In this document: positions 54,469 to 64,000 of the stretch, piece after piece | How positions within the stretch are numbered: position 1 is the first letter of the stretch | How the letters are laid out: each line of letters starts with the position of its first letter | NCBI GenBank assembly: GCA_965153355.1 | Contig: OZ231126.1 | Location: 29,326,001 to 29,390,000, forward strand | Length of the DNA stretch: 64,000 nucleotides | DNA from: Flaccisagitta enflata | Lineage: Eukaryota | Reading direction: 5' to 3' | The notes under the pieces: generated by a model | The model's input: only the letters and a program-made list of their open reading frames with translations | What the model was told of the DNA's origin: nothing | The model's database searches: none | Position numbers and translations under genes: made by a program

Positions 54469-55156
54469 TACATCGTCGCATCTTTAGGCCTTTACCTCAA
54501 CTTTAAAGACTGAGGGCGTGTTTCTTTTGACGAAAAAAAACGTGTTTGTTCCCATTGAACGCGATTACAGTGTGAACACATATTTATGAATTTCAACCAT
54601 CTCACAAGGGAGTGAGCAAAGTGAGTGAGCAAAGTGAGTGAGCGAGCCCGTGAACGGAGTGAACAAATGGAGCGGTGCGGGGCAGTGCAGAGAGAGTGAG
54701 TGGTGCGAGCGAACGAATGTAGCAAGCGACTGAGTGGCCTGTTCAAAACATGCTTGTCTGTGGCTTGTCTGTGGCTTGTCTGTACCTCATTACATCGCCA
54801 TTGAAGTTATGAACCTTTTCTGGTAAAAAAATCCTTACTCATGTGTGACCACTCCACCTAACTTCCTACGTCTTGATTTTTGTAAACGGTATTTCTGTGA
54901 TATTCCCAACCGTACCAATTTGTTTTTGTCGCCCATGCCAGCCTAACGAGCATAAGCGATAGTTTTTCCTCGCTGAAAATATCAAATGCGCTGAAAAAAG
55001 AATAAAAACGAACATCCTCCTCGCGAAATTTGTGTCTCGCGACTCTTTTTAATCTATACAAGCCAAAAAGATACAAAGGATCGCATTTTATACAATAAAC
55101 GTAGCCATAGCACGTAGACTTGTTAACTGCAACTGCATATCGCCTAGAAGGCTTTT

Positions 55157-61734
<6,578 letters not shown>

Positions 61735-62569
61735 TTTTTTCAGGAGAATTGTTAATTGAAATGAAAAAAAATTAAAGGTCTAACTTCTACGAATGATGTT
61801 TTGCGAGCGTAGAGTGAATTTAAACAGTCAAACCCGTTGTAGAAATCATATTTGGTTGTTTAAAAAAATGCAAGTCAGAAAAATTTCATTCCAACACAAC
61901 GGTTTCGGTCTTTTTTTCCCTATCGCTATTTGATACTGGCTCGTTGTTTGCTACTAGTTATACAAAGATTTATGTGAGATGGGGAAAAGGAGGAACAGGA
62001 AAATGTATCGCAGTCTTCATATCACTTATGACGGCGACATGAGCCACACCTCCAATCGAGCCGACAGAGCAGCTGCCAAAGCCACCAATCGGCTTTTTAC
62101 AGTATAGGCAATTTCTCCTATAAACCGGGCCGGCCAAAATCAAGCGCCTGATTGAGTTAACATTGAAAAAAATAACATAATTCAATGATAGTTGCATCTA
62201 TCAGCTTGAAATTTTGGTTGCAGGCTCAGAATTTGATACTCTTTCAAGTCATAATGAAAAAATCACTTGAAGTCTTGAACTGTGTTTAATTATATAAATT
62301 TTTGTGAGAAACAGTGTGACATAGTGTGACAAAGTGATAACTCGATAGGACACTTTCTTAAAAAAATCAATATCTCCGGGTAGAAATGACATAAAGTTCT
62401 GAAATTTGGCATGTAACCTGGATTATGTCTTTACTTGACAGGGGAAAAAAAAATTTAACATCATACTTAAAAATATTTTTTTTTAATGTATTGTATATTA
62501 CAGTATCAAGATGAGATATTTATTCATTTTTAACAAATCAACTATGAACGAAATTTTTGCGTAGTAGAT

Positions 62570-63346
62570 CACAGCGCAATCTGTAGTGATATTAATGCCC
62601 CGGGGAATTCCCTGGGAATTCCCCCGTTACAATTATTCATAAGTGAACCGTGCATAGTCTAAAAATGTCAGAGTTTGATCTTGGGGGAAATTCCCTGGGG
62701 AATCCCCCAATTAGACTAACTCATTTCTAAACTAAATGGGGCATATGCCTCGTTAAGTCCCCAATTAGTCCCTGAAGATTTTCACGATAGAAATCGACCT
62801 GAAGAAAGCCACTGAAAAAAGGGTTAACTGATTTTTGACGAAGCATTTTTGATTAAACAAAACTAAACTGAATGGGGCATATGCCCTGTTAAGTCCCCGT
62901 TTAGTCCCTGAATCATTTTTTTCACTAACTTTTAACGGGGCATACAACCGGGCATATTCAAACTTTCACTTTTTTTTACCGGGGATATTGGGGCTTATGC
63001 CCGGGGCATTAATGTCACTTTTTTGTACTACAGATTGCGCTGTGGCATATGCCCCGTTGAGTCCCCATTTAGTCCCTGAAGATTTTCACGATAGAAATTG
63101 ACCTGAAGAAAGCCACTGAAAAAAGTTTACTGATTTTTGACGAAGCATTTTTGATTAAACAAAACTAAACTAAATGGGGCATATGCCCTGTTAAGTCCCT
63201 GTTTAGTCCCTGAATCATTTTTTTCACTAATTTTTAACGGGGCATAGAACCGGGCATATTTAAACTCTAACTTTTTTTTACCGGGGACATTGGGGCTTTT
63301 GCCCGGGGCATTAATGTCACTTTTTTTTACTACAAATTGCGCTGTG
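62570..63346. mobile_element. Non-autonomous Transib/RAG-like DNA element with RSS-like termini
   Basis: TIR CACAGCGCAAT(C/T)TGTAGT at both ends; 5-bp TSD TAGAT (62565-62569 and 63347-63351); ~300-bp internal direct duplication including an extra right end at 63027-63044. Confidence 0.8.
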
Positions 63347-64000
63347 TAGATGTCCATCAGTCACCATCAAATTTTTGATGCTTCTTTAGGGATAGCAATG
63401 GTACAAAAATAACCTATCGTTGGAAAGGTTTGACAATTTTTTCATGTTTTTATCATATTAGATATGAAGTGTGACACAAGTGTGACAGGAAAAATAGGCT
63501 GTTTTGGCTCTACTTTTGGCCACCTATAGGATTCTTTTTTTGTGTGTGTACAACATTGAGGCCATGAGGGGGTCTGCCGGTGCTGGGCTCTCGACCAATC
63601 ATGCTAAAGAGCTAACTTAAATGGTTAACAATTACACCCAACTTTCGAATTGAACCCTGCATGCGAGACTTATATAAATGAAATATTGCGTCATCTTATT
63701 TCAACTACACTAAGAGAGTTAGTTTTAAGTTGCGGACACGCAACTCTTTTGGAGGCTTTTCCCTTGGTGAACGAGTTGAAAAGTGGAAAAACCAGCATAT
63801 CAAATACTTTTTGTGCATGTTTGTGTGTGGGGGCACGGGGGTTGGGGTGTGGATGTGTGTGTGTTTAACTGTGTGTGTGTGTTTAAGTGTGTGCGTGCTT
63901 AAGTGTGTGCGTGCTTAAGTGTTGGCGTGCTTAAGTGTGTGCGTATTTAAGTGTGTGCGCGTTTAAGTGTGTGCGTGTGTGTGTGTGTGTCTGCGTGTGT

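Noticed and set aside
54838-54870. LGGVV peptide suggesting a missing CLC exon
   Set aside because: Immediately followed by THE-stop and lacks flanking CLC residues; chance match.

Overview
Repeat-rich genomic DNA from a eukaryote, probably an invertebrate metazoan (spliceosomal GT-AG introns, an amidated neuropeptide precursor, dense Helentron-like elements, MITEs and microsatellites). Most ORFs in the supplied track are microsatellite or satellite artefacts. Manual splicing gives five minus-strand genes: (1) an 8-exon gene for a ~1,380-aa acidic, disordered protein (55157-61734); (2) the last 6 exons of a CLC-6/7-type chloride transporter (46932-52030), whose 5' exons I could not find, so gene 1 may lie inside its intron; (3) a 4-exon, 266-aa precursor of eight amidated peptides, mostly (I/V/R)P(F/L)RFamide (29746-35644); (4) a cyclophilin whose fourth exon is cut off and fused to a repeat (18601-20585); (5) a large low-complexity orphan gene (~5228-11587, possibly extending to ~16450). 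The main highlights are an inverted duplication that can pair over the acceptor of a frame-neutral, peptide-coding exon, a Transib/RAG-like element with a 5-bp TSD and RSS-like ends, and a Helentron-type element carrying a 2.2-kb satellite. All gene models were inferred by eye; no database search was run.
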